Shown here: positions 9,453 through 18,287 of the stretch, one piece after another
Position numbering within the stretch: position 1 is the stretch's first letter
How the letters are laid out: each line of letters starts with the position of its first letter
NCBI GenBank assembly: GCA_947311115.1
Contig: CAMZKE010000017.1
Location: 1-63,027 of the forward strand
DNA length: 63,027 nucleotides
Origin: an uncultured Bacteroidales bacterium
Lineage (GTDB): Bacteria > Bacteroidota > Bacteroidia > Bacteroidales > JAFGXI01
Reading direction: 5' to 3'
Translations under genes and position numbers: made by a program
Notes under the pieces: model-generated
The model's database searches: none
What the model saw: the letters and a program-made list of their open reading frames with translations, nothing else
What the model was told of the DNA's origin: nothing

Positions 9453-9911
9453 ATGACAAACAATGATATAATAAGACGTTTAAGGTATTCTTTTGACCTT
9501 AACGATAGTACAATGATAAAGCTTTTTGATTTAGCAGGTTCAAAAGTTAATCGCGAACAAGTAAGCAATTGGTTAAAAAAAGATGACGACCCTCTATATA
9601 AAGAAATTTATGATGTAGAACTTGCAACATTTTTAAATGGGTTTATTATATACAAAAGAGGTGCTCAAGAAGGAAAAAAGCCAATAAACGAAAAAAAACT
9701 AAACAACAACACAATTCTACGTAAATTAAAAATTGCATTAAATTTGAAAGATATAGATATGATAGCAATTTTTGATTTAGCTGATATGAGAATTAGCAAA
9801 CCAGAACTTAGTGCATTTTTTAGAAAACCTACACAAAGCCAATATAGGCTATGTAAAGACCAGTTTTTACGAAATTTCATTCACGGATTACAAATAAAGT
9901 ATAGAAAATAA
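9453..9911 (+). CDS. DUF1456 (YehS-like) protein
   Basis: This 152-aa ORF contains two internal repeats of the DUF1456 pattern (IIRRLRYSFDLND..., ILRKLKIALNLKD...). Confidence 0.6.
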   Translation: MTNNDIIRRLRYSFDLNDSTMIKLFDLAGSKVNREQVSNWLKKDDDPLYKEIYDVELATFLNGFIIYKRGAQEGKKPINEKKLNNNTILRKLKIALNLKDIDMIAIFDLADMRISKPELSAFFRKPTQSQYRLCKDQFLRNFIHGLQIKYRK

Positions 9912-9912
9912 T

Positions 9913-10506
9913 ATGATTACCGAGCAAAAAATTGACGACTCAATAGTACGATTAAGTAAACTAACCGAAGAAGAATATATTTCGGAATATATGTCTGAAA
10001 TGAATAAACAAACAAATATTTCTAATTTTATGGCAGAAAGTGCCGACCATTTTATGTTAGAAAAAGATTCGGAAAATTCAATGTTAGAACTATGCTTTCA
10101 AATATTAAATATATATAAAGATAATTTCGCTGATAAATACACCATAATTTCATCGGATACATTAATGAGTTCGCTTAAAACTCGTAAAGAAATACAAGAT
10201 ACTCAAGCAAAAATATTAAATATTGATTTATCAAAAGACGGAGCTTCGTTGATTGAAAAAAAATATGAGGAAATAAAAAAGGATATTGCCGAAAATCCTG
10301 AAAAAATAAATAGCACATATAAAGAACTTTTTAAAGCAAAAGAAGAATTAGATAATCTTCGTTCGCAAAAAAACTTATTCGATTACTGTGCATATTTTAT
10401 TGAAAACGACAAATATACAATTGAACGCGACAAACCGGCAATTAGCTCAATTATAGATGTTTTATTAATTTCATTAGAAACTCAAATAAATGGAAATAAC
10501 AAATAA
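9913..10506 (+). CDS. Hypothetical protein (paralog of the next gene, with an inserted coiled-coil segment)
   Basis: This 197-aa ORF starts 1 nt after the upstream stop. Its N- and C-terminal thirds align by eye with the 10490..10906 product. Confidence 0.5.
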   Translation: MITEQKIDDSIVRLSKLTEEEYISEYMSEMNKQTNISNFMAESADHFMLEKDSENSMLELCFQILNIYKDNFADKYTIISSDTLMSSLKTRKEIQDTQAKILNIDLSKDGASLIEKKYEEIKKDIAENPEKINSTYKELFKAKEELDNLRSQKNLFDYCAYFIENDKYTIERDKPAISSIIDVLLISLETQINGNNK

Positions 10507-10906
10507 TAATATTGAAAAAGCTTTAAAATATTTCGATAAGTTAGACGATACTAAATACGAAACTCTTGTTGATAATATTATTGAAGAACAAGCATATTTA
10601 AGCACATTTATTCAACAGAATTTAGATGCTATTTTTGGTAAAAACGAGCAAATTAAAGACTTATCATACAACCTATATTTTACTATTTTGTATCTTTACA
10701 AAAACAAACTTGGAGATTCATACCCAATTATTGACAAAGAAAAATTGACAGCAATAATAGAAAATAATAATGGAGGCAATCATAAGCAAGAAGAATTAGG
10801 CGATTTTTTATTCACACAACTTGTTGATAGCAAATTTGGTAAAGAAGAAATTTTAAAAGTAATAGGGCTCTTAAATGTTGTAATTAATTGTGTTGATTTA
10901 AGTTAA
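10490..10906 (+). CDS. Hypothetical protein (tandem paralog)
   Basis: This 138-aa ORF overlaps the upstream gene by 17 nt. The shared pattern is KL..(E/D).Y...Q...S.F...IL.(I/L)YK......Y.II. Confidence 0.5.
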   Translation: MEITNNNIEKALKYFDKLDDTKYETLVDNIIEEQAYLSTFIQQNLDAIFGKNEQIKDLSYNLYFTILYLYKNKLGDSYPIIDKEKLTAIIENNNGGNHKQEELGDFLFTQLVDSKFGKEEILKVIGLLNVVINCVDLS

Positions 10907-10959
10907 CGGCATAAAATCAATCATTTGTTATTTTGAATTTGGTGAAAAATTTAAAAGAA

Positions 10960-11056
10960 AATGAATCTCCTCGCCGCAAGCGGACGAGGTATCGTTTTGG
11001 AATACTATTCTTTTATACGTCCCAAGGGACGGGGAATTAAACCCAAACAGATTAAA
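10960..11056 (+). repeat. Copy 2 (reference copy) of the ~97-nt structured repeat
   Basis: The sequence is AATGAATCTCCTCGCCGCAAGCGGACGAGGTATCGTTTTGGAATACTATTCTTTTATACGTCCCAAGGGACGGGGAATTAAACCCAAACAGATTAAA. It contains two hairpins, each with a CAAG loop. Confidence 0.9.
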
Positions 11057-11078
11057 GGAGTAATCAATATAATCTTTC

Positions 11079-13523
11079 TTATAATTTTATACCCATTACT
11101 AATATATCGTCAATTTGATTTAGATTGCCTTTCCAACTATAAAATGTTTCCTCTAAAATATTTTGTTGCTCACTCATTGGTTTTTGCGAAATGTTAAATA
11201 ATAATTGTTTAAACTTTTTATATTTAAACTTTTTACCTTTTACACCACCAAATTGGTCAGCAAACCCATCAGAAAATAAATATATTATATCGTTTTTTTG
11301 TAGTTTAATTTTATGATTTGTAAAATTATCCATTCGTGCATAAATAGATATTGGCATATTATCCGGTTTTACTTCGTAAAAACCATCTAAACTTAACTGA
11401 TTTTTAATGTTTGTTTGGCTTATTTTATTTTGAGAAATAATATAAAGCGAATTATTTGCACCTGCATACTCCATTTCATTTGTTTTTGTATTTACAGATA
11501 TTAACGAAATATCCATTCCGTCTTTTTGTTCAAAAAGTTTTCCTTCTTGTTTTAATGAACTTACTATTTCTTTTCGTAAACGATTTAAAATTAAATTTGG
11601 AGTAGTTATATTCTCTTTTTTTACAATTTCGTTAAGTAATGATATACCCAACATACTCATAAATGCACCAGGAACACCATGTCCCGTGCAATCAGCAGCA
11701 GCAATAACAATTTTATCGTTTATTTTTGTCCACCAATAAAAATCACCACTAACTACATCTTTAGGGATAAATGAAATAAATACATCTGTAAAATTTAGTT
11801 TTAATAATCCTATGTTTGGTAAAACCGAAGATTGAATATTCTGTGCATAATCTATACTTTCGGTTAAATGTAAATGTATTTTTTCTATATGTTGTTTTTG
11901 CGAACTTATTTCATCTCTTTGAGTAAGAATTTCTTCATTTTGTTGATTTAATTCTACATTTTTTTCAGCTATCTCATTTTTTTGTTGAGTTAACAATTTG
12001 TTTGCTTTTTTCTTGTTACGTAAGTTAATTAAAATAAGAACAACCACTCCTAAGGAAAGTATAAAGCCTATTATTAAGGCATTTCGCAGTAATTTCTGTT
12101 TTGCAGCTTCTGTTGCTTGTTGTTTAATTAATATTCTGTTTTTCTCTAATTGTTGAGTTTTCTTTTCGGTATCATATTTTGCTTCAAGTTGTTCTATTTC
12201 AGCCATTTTTTTTACATTAAAAATACTATCTTTAACCTGAATATATAATTTTAAATATTTATATGCATTGTTTAAATCGTTTAGCTTTGCATAAGAGTTT
12301 GATAGGCTTTCGTAAGCATTTTTTTTATCGGGATTGGTATTTATTTCTTTTGCAATTTCTAAACCATTCTTTCCATATCTAACAGCAAGATGATAAAAGT
12401 TATTATTCAATGTAGAATCACCAATTGCATTATATATGTGCGATAGTCGTATATAAATTACAGATTCACCTTCTTTATCATCAATTTCTTGTTTTATTTT
12501 AAGTGCTTTTTCGTAATAATATTTTGCTTCTCTTATTTTATTTTGTTCAAAATACAAATCGCCTAAATTTGAGTATAAATTTGCTAATTCAAAATTACTT
12601 TTAGCTTCTTCATAAATTTTCAAAGCTAAATTGTAATATTTATCAGCTTTTTCATAATTTTTAATTTCAATATAATCAAGCCCTAAATTGTTATATGCAT
12701 TTGCAACGCCTATTTTATTACCTAATTTTTCAAAACTATTTAGTGCCTTTGTGTGATATTTAATTGCCTTTTTATAATTATGTTGTTCGTAATGTACTAA
12801 TCCAATATTATTGTAGCACATTGACATTCCTTTTAAATTGTTTGTTTTTTCTTTAATTTTTAAAGTTTTCTGAAAATTTTTTATTGCTTCGGTATAATTT
12901 CCTTTCATATACTCAATTACACCAATTCCATTATAACTATTTGAGCCAATAACATCTTCATCTTCAGGCAACACATTTTTTACCGCTTTTTTGTAATATA
13001 TAATTGCATTATCGTAATCGCCTTTAATATTATAAATATTACCAATATTTACTTCAATATACGGTGCATAACCTTTATTATCGTCATATTTCAAAGCTTT
13101 TTTATAATATTCTATTGCTTTATCGTAGTCTGCTTGTACTTTATATAAAATACCAAATTGATTATATATTTTATTATAAAATGTTTTATTATTGAGCTTA
13201 TTATTTATTTTTAATGCTAAATCTAAATTTTGTTTTGCTAAATTATATTCTCCCTTATCTTTATATAGTTCACCTTTTTGTATATAAATCCTAGTAGTAT
13301 AAGTATTATTATTTATTTCTTTAGCAATATTTAAAGCCTTGTTGTAAAATGTTAAACTTGAATCATAATCTCTATTTTCGTATATATTACCAAAAGTAAT
13401 ATATGCATTTATTACAGCAGTATCGGTTCCGTAATTTATTATTTTGTTTAAACTATCAACATTTATTGGGTATAATACCTTTACAAATAGTAAAAAAAGT
13501 ACTAGAAAGGCGTTATTTTTCAT
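11079..13523 (-). CDS. TPR-repeat sensor with one TM helix, a coiled coil and a C-terminal PP2C (SpoIIE-type) phosphatase
   Basis: This 814-aa ORF has more than 10 TPR-like repeats (Y..A...Y.KAL), a TM helix LIIGFILSLGVVVLILINL, and the PP2C motifs KDVVSGDFYW and DCTGHGVPGA. The C-terminus is QIDDILVMGIKL. Confidence 0.8.
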   Translation of the reverse strand: MKNNAFLVLFLLFVKVLYPINVDSLNKIINYGTDTAVINAYITFGNIYENRDYDSSLTFYNKALNIAKEINNNTYTTRIYIQKGELYKDKGEYNLAKQNLDLALKINNKLNNKTFYNKIYNQFGILYKVQADYDKAIEYYKKALKYDDNKGYAPYIEVNIGNIYNIKGDYDNAIIYYKKAVKNVLPEDEDVIGSNSYNGIGVIEYMKGNYTEAIKNFQKTLKIKEKTNNLKGMSMCYNNIGLVHYEQHNYKKAIKYHTKALNSFEKLGNKIGVANAYNNLGLDYIEIKNYEKADKYYNLALKIYEEAKSNFELANLYSNLGDLYFEQNKIREAKYYYEKALKIKQEIDDKEGESVIYIRLSHIYNAIGDSTLNNNFYHLAVRYGKNGLEIAKEINTNPDKKNAYESLSNSYAKLNDLNNAYKYLKLYIQVKDSIFNVKKMAEIEQLEAKYDTEKKTQQLEKNRILIKQQATEAAKQKLLRNALIIGFILSLGVVVLILINLRNKKKANKLLTQQKNEIAEKNVELNQQNEEILTQRDEISSQKQHIEKIHLHLTESIDYAQNIQSSVLPNIGLLKLNFTDVFISFIPKDVVSGDFYWWTKINDKIVIAAADCTGHGVPGAFMSMLGISLLNEIVKKENITTPNLILNRLRKEIVSSLKQEGKLFEQKDGMDISLISVNTKTNEMEYAGANNSLYIISQNKISQTNIKNQLSLDGFYEVKPDNMPISIYARMDNFTNHKIKLQKNDIIYLFSDGFADQFGGVKGKKFKYKKFKQLLFNISQKPMSEQQNILEETFYSWKGNLNQIDDILVMGIKL

Positions 13524-13578
13524 TTTATAGTGTGTTTTGTATTAATTATCGCCTTCTAAAGTAACTATTTTTATTCAT

Positions 13579-14433
13579 TTACACAAACAAACTCAAAGCT
13601 TGTTTATATGCTTGTTTTAATAGTTTATTATCAATATTATTTATAATTTTTAATTGCTCGCAATAGTTTATAAAATCAAAAGTATTCAAATTAGCGGTAA
13701 GTTCTTTTCCGGTCATTGGGCAACCGCCTTTATCGTTAAGTACAGTATCGAAATTTAGGCAACCTGCTTTCAAAGCTGCATTTACTTTGGCTTGTGCCGA
13801 TGTATGTGTTGTATGTAAATGTATTCCAAAATCTATTTTAGGATAATTATTAATTAAATTATTATAAACATTATATATTAGTTCAGGAGTTGATTCACCT
13901 GTAATATCGGAAAGCGTAATTTTTGTTATACCTAAATTGTTAGCTTTATTAACCCAAGTATATATTTGATCTTCATTCCACACATCGCCATAAGGGTTAC
14001 CAAACGCCATTGTTAAATACAATAGTAGTTTTTTATTTTGCTTTTCGCAGATGTCTAAGAATTGCTTTGTAAGTTCGTGACCTTGTTCAACCGTTTTATT
14101 AATATTCTTAAGTAAAAAAGTCTCAGAAAATGAAAAAGGATAGCCCAAATAAGTTATTTCTGGGTATGATGCTGCTAACTCCCCTCCTTTTTTACTTGCT
14201 ACTATGGCAAGCAATTTTGTGTTAGTGTTTGTTAAATCTAGACCTGCAATAACTTGTGCAGTATCACTTAACTGAGGTATTGCTTTTGGCGAAACAAAAC
14301 TACCAAAATCTAAAGTATCAAAACCTACTTTTAAAAGTGTATTTATATATGCAATTTTTTGCTCGGTAGGAATAAACTTTGTTACACCTTGCATTGCATC
14401 ACGCGGACATTCGGTAATTTTTACTCTTTCCAC
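13579..14433 (-). CDS. Hydroxymethylglutaryl-CoA lyase family protein
   Basis: This 284-aa ORF has an HMGL-like N-terminus (ITECPRDAMQG) and a TIM-barrel pattern with HLHTTH. Confidence 0.75.
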   Translation of the reverse strand: MERVKITECPRDAMQGVTKFIPTEQKIAYINTLLKVGFDTLDFGSFVSPKAIPQLSDTAQVIAGLDLTNTNTKLLAIVASKKGGELAASYPEITYLGYPFSFSETFLLKNINKTVEQGHELTKQFLDICEKQNKKLLLYLTMAFGNPYGDVWNEDQIYTWVNKANNLGITKITLSDITGESTPELIYNVYNNLINNYPKIDFGIHLHTTHTSAQAKVNAALKAGCLNFDTVLNDKGGCPMTGKELTANLNTFDFINYCEQLKIINNIDNKLLKQAYKQALSLFV

Positions 14434-14966
14434 TCTACTTCTTCTGCGTTAACTTTAAGCGATACATATCTTGCCAAAGTAAATAAATAATCCGATAAGC
14501 GATTTAAATATTGTTGAGCTAATGGATTTACATATTCGTTACTAGCAACACGTATAACTAATCTTTCGGCTCTACGGCAAATTGTACGGGCAATATGGCA
14601 GTGCGAAACCATTATATGCCCTCCGGGAATAATAAATTTTGTTAAGGTGGGTAATTCCTCGTCCATTTTATCAATTTCTTTTTCGAGCAACTCAACATCA
14701 GCACCTTCTAACTTATAATTATCTTGCTTTATTTTATCTTCAGTTGCAAGAACAGATGAAACGGTCATTAATTTAGATTGTATTTTAATCAATTTTATTT
14801 TTGCTTCATCATTTCTAATCATATCTCGTAATAGCCCAACGTAAGATAACAATTCATCAATAGTTCCGTATGCTTCTATCCTATCGTCAAACTTTTTTAC
14901 ACGTTTACCTCCAACTAATGCTGTTGTTCCTTTATCTCCTGTTTTTGTATATACCTTAAATGCCAT
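14421..14966 (-). CDS. PduO-type ATP:cob(I)alamin adenosyltransferase
   Basis: This 181-aa ORF begins VYTKTGDKGTT and contains IEAYGTIDEL and the ICRRAER motif. It overlaps the downstream gene by 13 nt. Confidence 0.85.
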   Translation of the reverse strand: MAFKVYTKTGDKGTTALVGGKRVKKFDDRIEAYGTIDELLSYVGLLRDMIRNDEAKIKLIKIQSKLMTVSSVLATEDKIKQDNYKLEGADVELLEKEIDKMDEELPTLTKFIIPGGHIMVSHCHIARTICRRAERLVIRVASNEYVNPLAQQYLNRLSDYLFTLARYVSLKVNAEEVEWKE

Positions 14967-15000
14967 TTTATTCTATTGTTCTATTGTCAAAGTGTTATAA
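14967..15000 (-). repeat. 16-nt repeat family in the spacer upstream of the adenosyltransferase gene
   Basis: The minus strand reads ATAACACTTTGACAATAGAACAATAGAATAAA followed by the ATG. This is nearly identical to the folD leader at 44352..44380. Confidence 0.75.
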
Positions 15001-15016
15001 TTTGATGTTTTTAAAT

Positions 15017-15730
15017 TTATTGTTTTACGTTAACCATTTTACGGTTTTCATTATTCTTATCAACAACTATTTCCCCATCGCGTAAGCGAATAATACGCTC
15101 GGCATGCTCTGCAATTTCCTCTTCGTGTGTTACAACAATAATTGTATTACCCAAATTATGTATTTCTTCTAACAAACCCATTATTTCAATTGATGTTTTA
15201 GAATCGAGGTTACCTGTCGGTTCGTCGGCTAATATTATTGATGGTTTATTTACCAATGCACGAGCAACGGCAACACGCTGGCGTTGACCACCCGATAATT
15301 CATTGGGTTTGTGATGCATTCTGTCCTCTAATTTTACATTTATTAAAGTTTCTGTAGCTATTTTTTCACGTTCAGATTTAGATACACCTGCATAAACAAG
15401 TGGCAACATTACATTCTCTAATGCCGAATATTTTGGTAATAAATTAAATGTTTGGAAAACAAAACCTATTTCTTTATTCCTTATCTCTGCAAGTTGATTA
15501 TCAGTAAGTTTACTAACATCTTTATTGTTTAATATATATTCGCCAGACGATAATGTATCTAAGCAGCCTAAAATATTCATCATTGTAGATTTACCCGAAC
15601 CTGATGGTCCCATTAAAGCTACGTATTCATTTTCTTTAATATTAAGCGAAACATTTTTTAATGCTTCAACTACTATTGTTCCAATATTATAATTCTTAAC
15701 TATATTATTTAGTACTATTATGTCTCTCAT
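15017..15730 (-). CDS. ABC transporter ATP-binding protein (MacB/LolD-like)
   Basis: It has Walker [10 protein letters not shown], the signature LSGGQRQR and Walker [12 protein letters not shown]. Confidence 0.85.
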   Translation of the reverse strand: MRDIIVLNNIVKNYNIGTIVVEALKNVSLNIKENEYVALMGPSGSGKSTMMNILGCLDTLSSGEYILNNKDVSKLTDNQLAEIRNKEIGFVFQTFNLLPKYSALENVMLPLVYAGVSKSEREKIATETLINVKLEDRMHHKPNELSGGQRQRVAVARALVNKPSIILADEPTGNLDSKTSIEIMGLLEEIHNLGNTIIVVTHEEEIAEHAERIIRLRDGEIVVDKNNENRKMVNVKQ

Positions 15731-15793
15731 AAAATATATATTAATGTGCTAAGGTATTTAATTACCCAATAAAAATAAACAATTTACATTTTT

Positions 15794-16804
15794 TTATAAG
15801 TTAAAATCTAAATTATTTTCGTAAGCATTTAAAACAGTAATACAATTAAGTAAGTCGGGATTTACCCGTTTATTATGCTTTGTAGATTGTTCGATAGGCG
15901 TATATGCCGGTGTTTTATGAATAATACCTACCATTACATTAGTTTTACCTTCAAGCAATCCTTTTACAGCGTGTATGCCTAAATACGAAGCTAAGTTTCT
16001 ATCGAAAGCAGATGGCGAACCACCACGTTGAACATGACCTAAAACAGTTACCCTAATATCATCGTAATGCTTGTAATCTTTTTTCACAAGTTCTGCTATT
16101 TTATATGCACCTCCTGCATCATCGCCTTCGGCAACAATAATTATTCCACTCGATTTTTTTCTGGAATAATCTTCGTTAAGATATTTTTTTAATTCGTCAA
16201 TATGCGTTTCTGCTTCAGGAATAAGGACAGCCTCTGCCCCTGTTGCAATACCTGAACGTAATGCCAAAAAGCCGGAGTCACGTCCCATAACTTCAATAAA
16301 AAACAACCTGTTATGAGCACCTGCTGTATCTCTAATTTTATCAACAGCATCAACAACTGTATTTAATGCAGTATCGTAACCAATGCAATAATCGGTACCA
16401 TACATATCGTTATCAATAGTTCCGGGTATTCCAATAACCGGAATATCATATTCTTGGCTAAAAAAATCAGCACCTCTAAAACTACCGTCGCCACCAATAA
16501 TGATTAATGCATCAATATTATGCTTTTTAAGGTTTAAATATGCTTGTTTGCGTCCTTCTTCAGTTCTAAATCTGCTACTGCGAGCTGTTTTTAAGAATGT
16601 ACCCCCTCTGTGTAAAATATTTGCAACATCTCTTGATTTAAGTCTATGTATTTCATTATCAATCATACCTTTATAACCTTGATGTATTCCAAATACTTCT
16701 AGTCCATTATGTATTCCCGCTCTAACAACAGCTCTAATTGCAGCGTTCATACCGGGAGAATCGCCTCCGGATGTAAGTACACCTATTCTTTCTATTTTTT
16801 TCAT
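15794..16804 (-). CDS. pfkA: ATP-dependent 6-phosphofructokinase
   Basis: This 336-aa ORF has IGVLTSGGDSPGMNAAIR, GGDGS, PGTIDND and MGR motifs. Confidence 0.92.
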   Translation of the reverse strand: MKKIERIGVLTSGGDSPGMNAAIRAVVRAGIHNGLEVFGIHQGYKGMIDNEIHRLKSRDVANILHRGGTFLKTARSSRFRTEEGRKQAYLNLKKHNIDALIIIGGDGSFRGADFFSQEYDIPVIGIPGTIDNDMYGTDYCIGYDTALNTVVDAVDKIRDTAGAHNRLFFIEVMGRDSGFLALRSGIATGAEAVLIPEAETHIDELKKYLNEDYSRKKSSGIIIVAEGDDAGGAYKIAELVKKDYKHYDDIRVTVLGHVQRGGSPSAFDRNLASYLGIHAVKGLLEGKTNVMVGIIHKTPAYTPIEQSTKHNKRVNPDLLNCITVLNAYENNLDFNL

Positions 16805-16822
16805 TACAATATGTTTTTATAC

Positions 16823-16854
16823 AAAAAAAGTTGACCTCAATAAAGTCAACTTTT
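16823..16854 (-). terminator. Terminator closing the 27127->16875 operon
   Basis: The stem GTTGAC/GTCAAC is extended by A/T pairs. On the minus strand it is followed by TTTTTTTG. It lies 21 nt after the stop at 16875. Confidence 0.6.
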
Positions 16855-16874
16855 AATATTATTTTATTAACTTA

Positions 16875-17303
16875 CTAATCTATCATTGATAATATACCAA
16901 CAGCACAACCGGATTTACCTCCTTCAAAAGATATTAATACTTTATATACTGCTGTTTTTTTACAGATAAAATCAAATGCAGGATAATGTTTTTTACCCAT
17001 ATATGATGAGCCCATAAGTCTGTCCTTATCATAAAGCTGAACTATAGCTTTTCCGCTAAATTCTTTAGCATTACAAACACTAATTCTATAATGATTTCCT
17101 TTATTTAACATTAATGAATACCTAGCTATAGGAGCTTTTTTACCTGCTTCTTTTGCTTTAAGTTTTACTTTTAGCTCTTTAAGATACATTGCATTTTTTG
17201 CTAAACCACTTGAGCAAATAGTTACTAATGAACTATTGCATTGCGATTTAACTACAAAAACAAAAACAATTAAACTTATTAATATAATGACTATTTTTTT
17301 CAT
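16875..17303 (-). CDS. Small secreted Cys-containing protein, unknown function
   Basis: This 142-aa ORF has an N-terminal signal-like helix MKKIVIILISLIVFVFVV and several Cys residues. It starts 14 nt after the upstream gene. Confidence 0.5.
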   Translation of the reverse strand: MKKIVIILISLIVFVFVVKSQCNSSLVTICSSGLAKNAMYLKELKVKLKAKEAGKKAPIARYSLMLNKGNHYRISVCNAKEFSGKAIVQLYDKDRLMGSSYMGKKHYPAFDFICKKTAVYKVLISFEGGKSGCAVGILSMID

Positions 17304-17317
17304 AGTTTAAAATCTAA

Positions 17318-18238
17318 TTATTTAACAATAAAATTTCTAACATTCTCTACCTCTGTAGCAATACTATTTATTTGTTCATCAGTAATATTAACAATACTAG
17401 TTTCATTTTGTACAATTGTTAATATTCCATCAACTTCAACAGCTTCAGGTTCGCCAACTTCATAGGTAATAGTAACTTCTTTAAACAAATCTTTAATTTT
17501 ATTTATTTTTTCAATTAGTTCAAAAAACTTTTTGTTTCTTTTAAAATTATTAAGAATTAACAACAAATCGTTCATCATTAGTTTTTGTTCGCCAATTCTT
17601 TCTGCAATTTCCTTATTTGGAGTTTCTTTAACTACTTGTGTAGCCAAGTATAAACCTTCTAGCCAAACACCTGTTACAATTAAAGCACTTACATCGCTTC
17701 TATTGTTTTCTCGTAAAAACACATCCATTTGGTCGAAACTACTAACCGATATATACATTAGTGAATCTAAATTATCACTGTTTGTTGCCAAGCGTTTTAA
17801 TGTAGAAAAATCGAAAAATTGCCCAACCTTTAAATTATCTGATAATGTTTTAATCGATGTTATATAAGATAATACAGTACCAGTTTTATTATACATATTT
17901 AGATACCCTAAATCAGCACCATAAATACCTAAATTTAAAGCTTGTTCAAAACCTGTATTATACGAATCAATATTATCAGAAGAATTTAGGTACTTGTAAT
18001 TAAATTGAGCTCCACTTTCTTTTATTAATGATGCCATTTCTACGGGAGATGACATATTTGAAATAATTCCTTCCATTGCCTGTTCGGAAACAACTAAAGG
18101 TTCATCATCTGCCAATACCGAATCAGGTACTGAGAAATCGTCGAATCCATCAGATTCTGTATTTTCTGACGTGCCACCGCAAGAAAACAGAAGCGATAGT
18201 GCCACAACGAAAATAAAAAATTTACTAATTCTTATCAT
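17318..18238 (-). CDS. Lipoprotein, unknown function
   Basis: This 306-aa ORF has a lipobox LLFSC at residues 16-20, followed by an acidic linker. Confidence 0.55.
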   Translation of the reverse strand: MIRISKFFIFVVALSLLFSCGGTSENTESDGFDDFSVPDSVLADDEPLVVSEQAMEGIISNMSSPVEMASLIKESGAQFNYKYLNSSDNIDSYNTGFEQALNLGIYGADLGYLNMYNKTGTVLSYITSIKTLSDNLKVGQFFDFSTLKRLATNSDNLDSLMYISVSSFDQMDVFLRENNRSDVSALIVTGVWLEGLYLATQVVKETPNKEIAERIGEQKLMMNDLLLILNNFKRNKKFFELIEKINKIKDLFKEVTITYEVGEPEAVEVDGILTIVQNETSIVNITDEQINSIATEVENVRNFIVK

Positions 18239-18287
18239 ATTTTATTTATTTGATTGTAAAATTAAAAAAAAATCTTAGATAAAAGAA

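Noticed and set aside
10961-11197. ORFs that start at the ATG inside the dispersed repeat and would encode MNLLAASGRGIVLEYYSFIRPKGRGIKPKQIK... A second one runs through copy 3, within the 32196..32438 ORF.
   Set aside because: The differences I see between copies are non-synonymous in this frame (G->D, P->S, R->W, Y->N, R->H). The reading frames end at different points in each copy, and copy 3 has a 13-nt (frameshifting) deletion. The changes fit conservation of RNA structure better than conservation of a peptide. The rest of the 78-aa ORF overlaps the 3' end of the convergent phosphatase gene.
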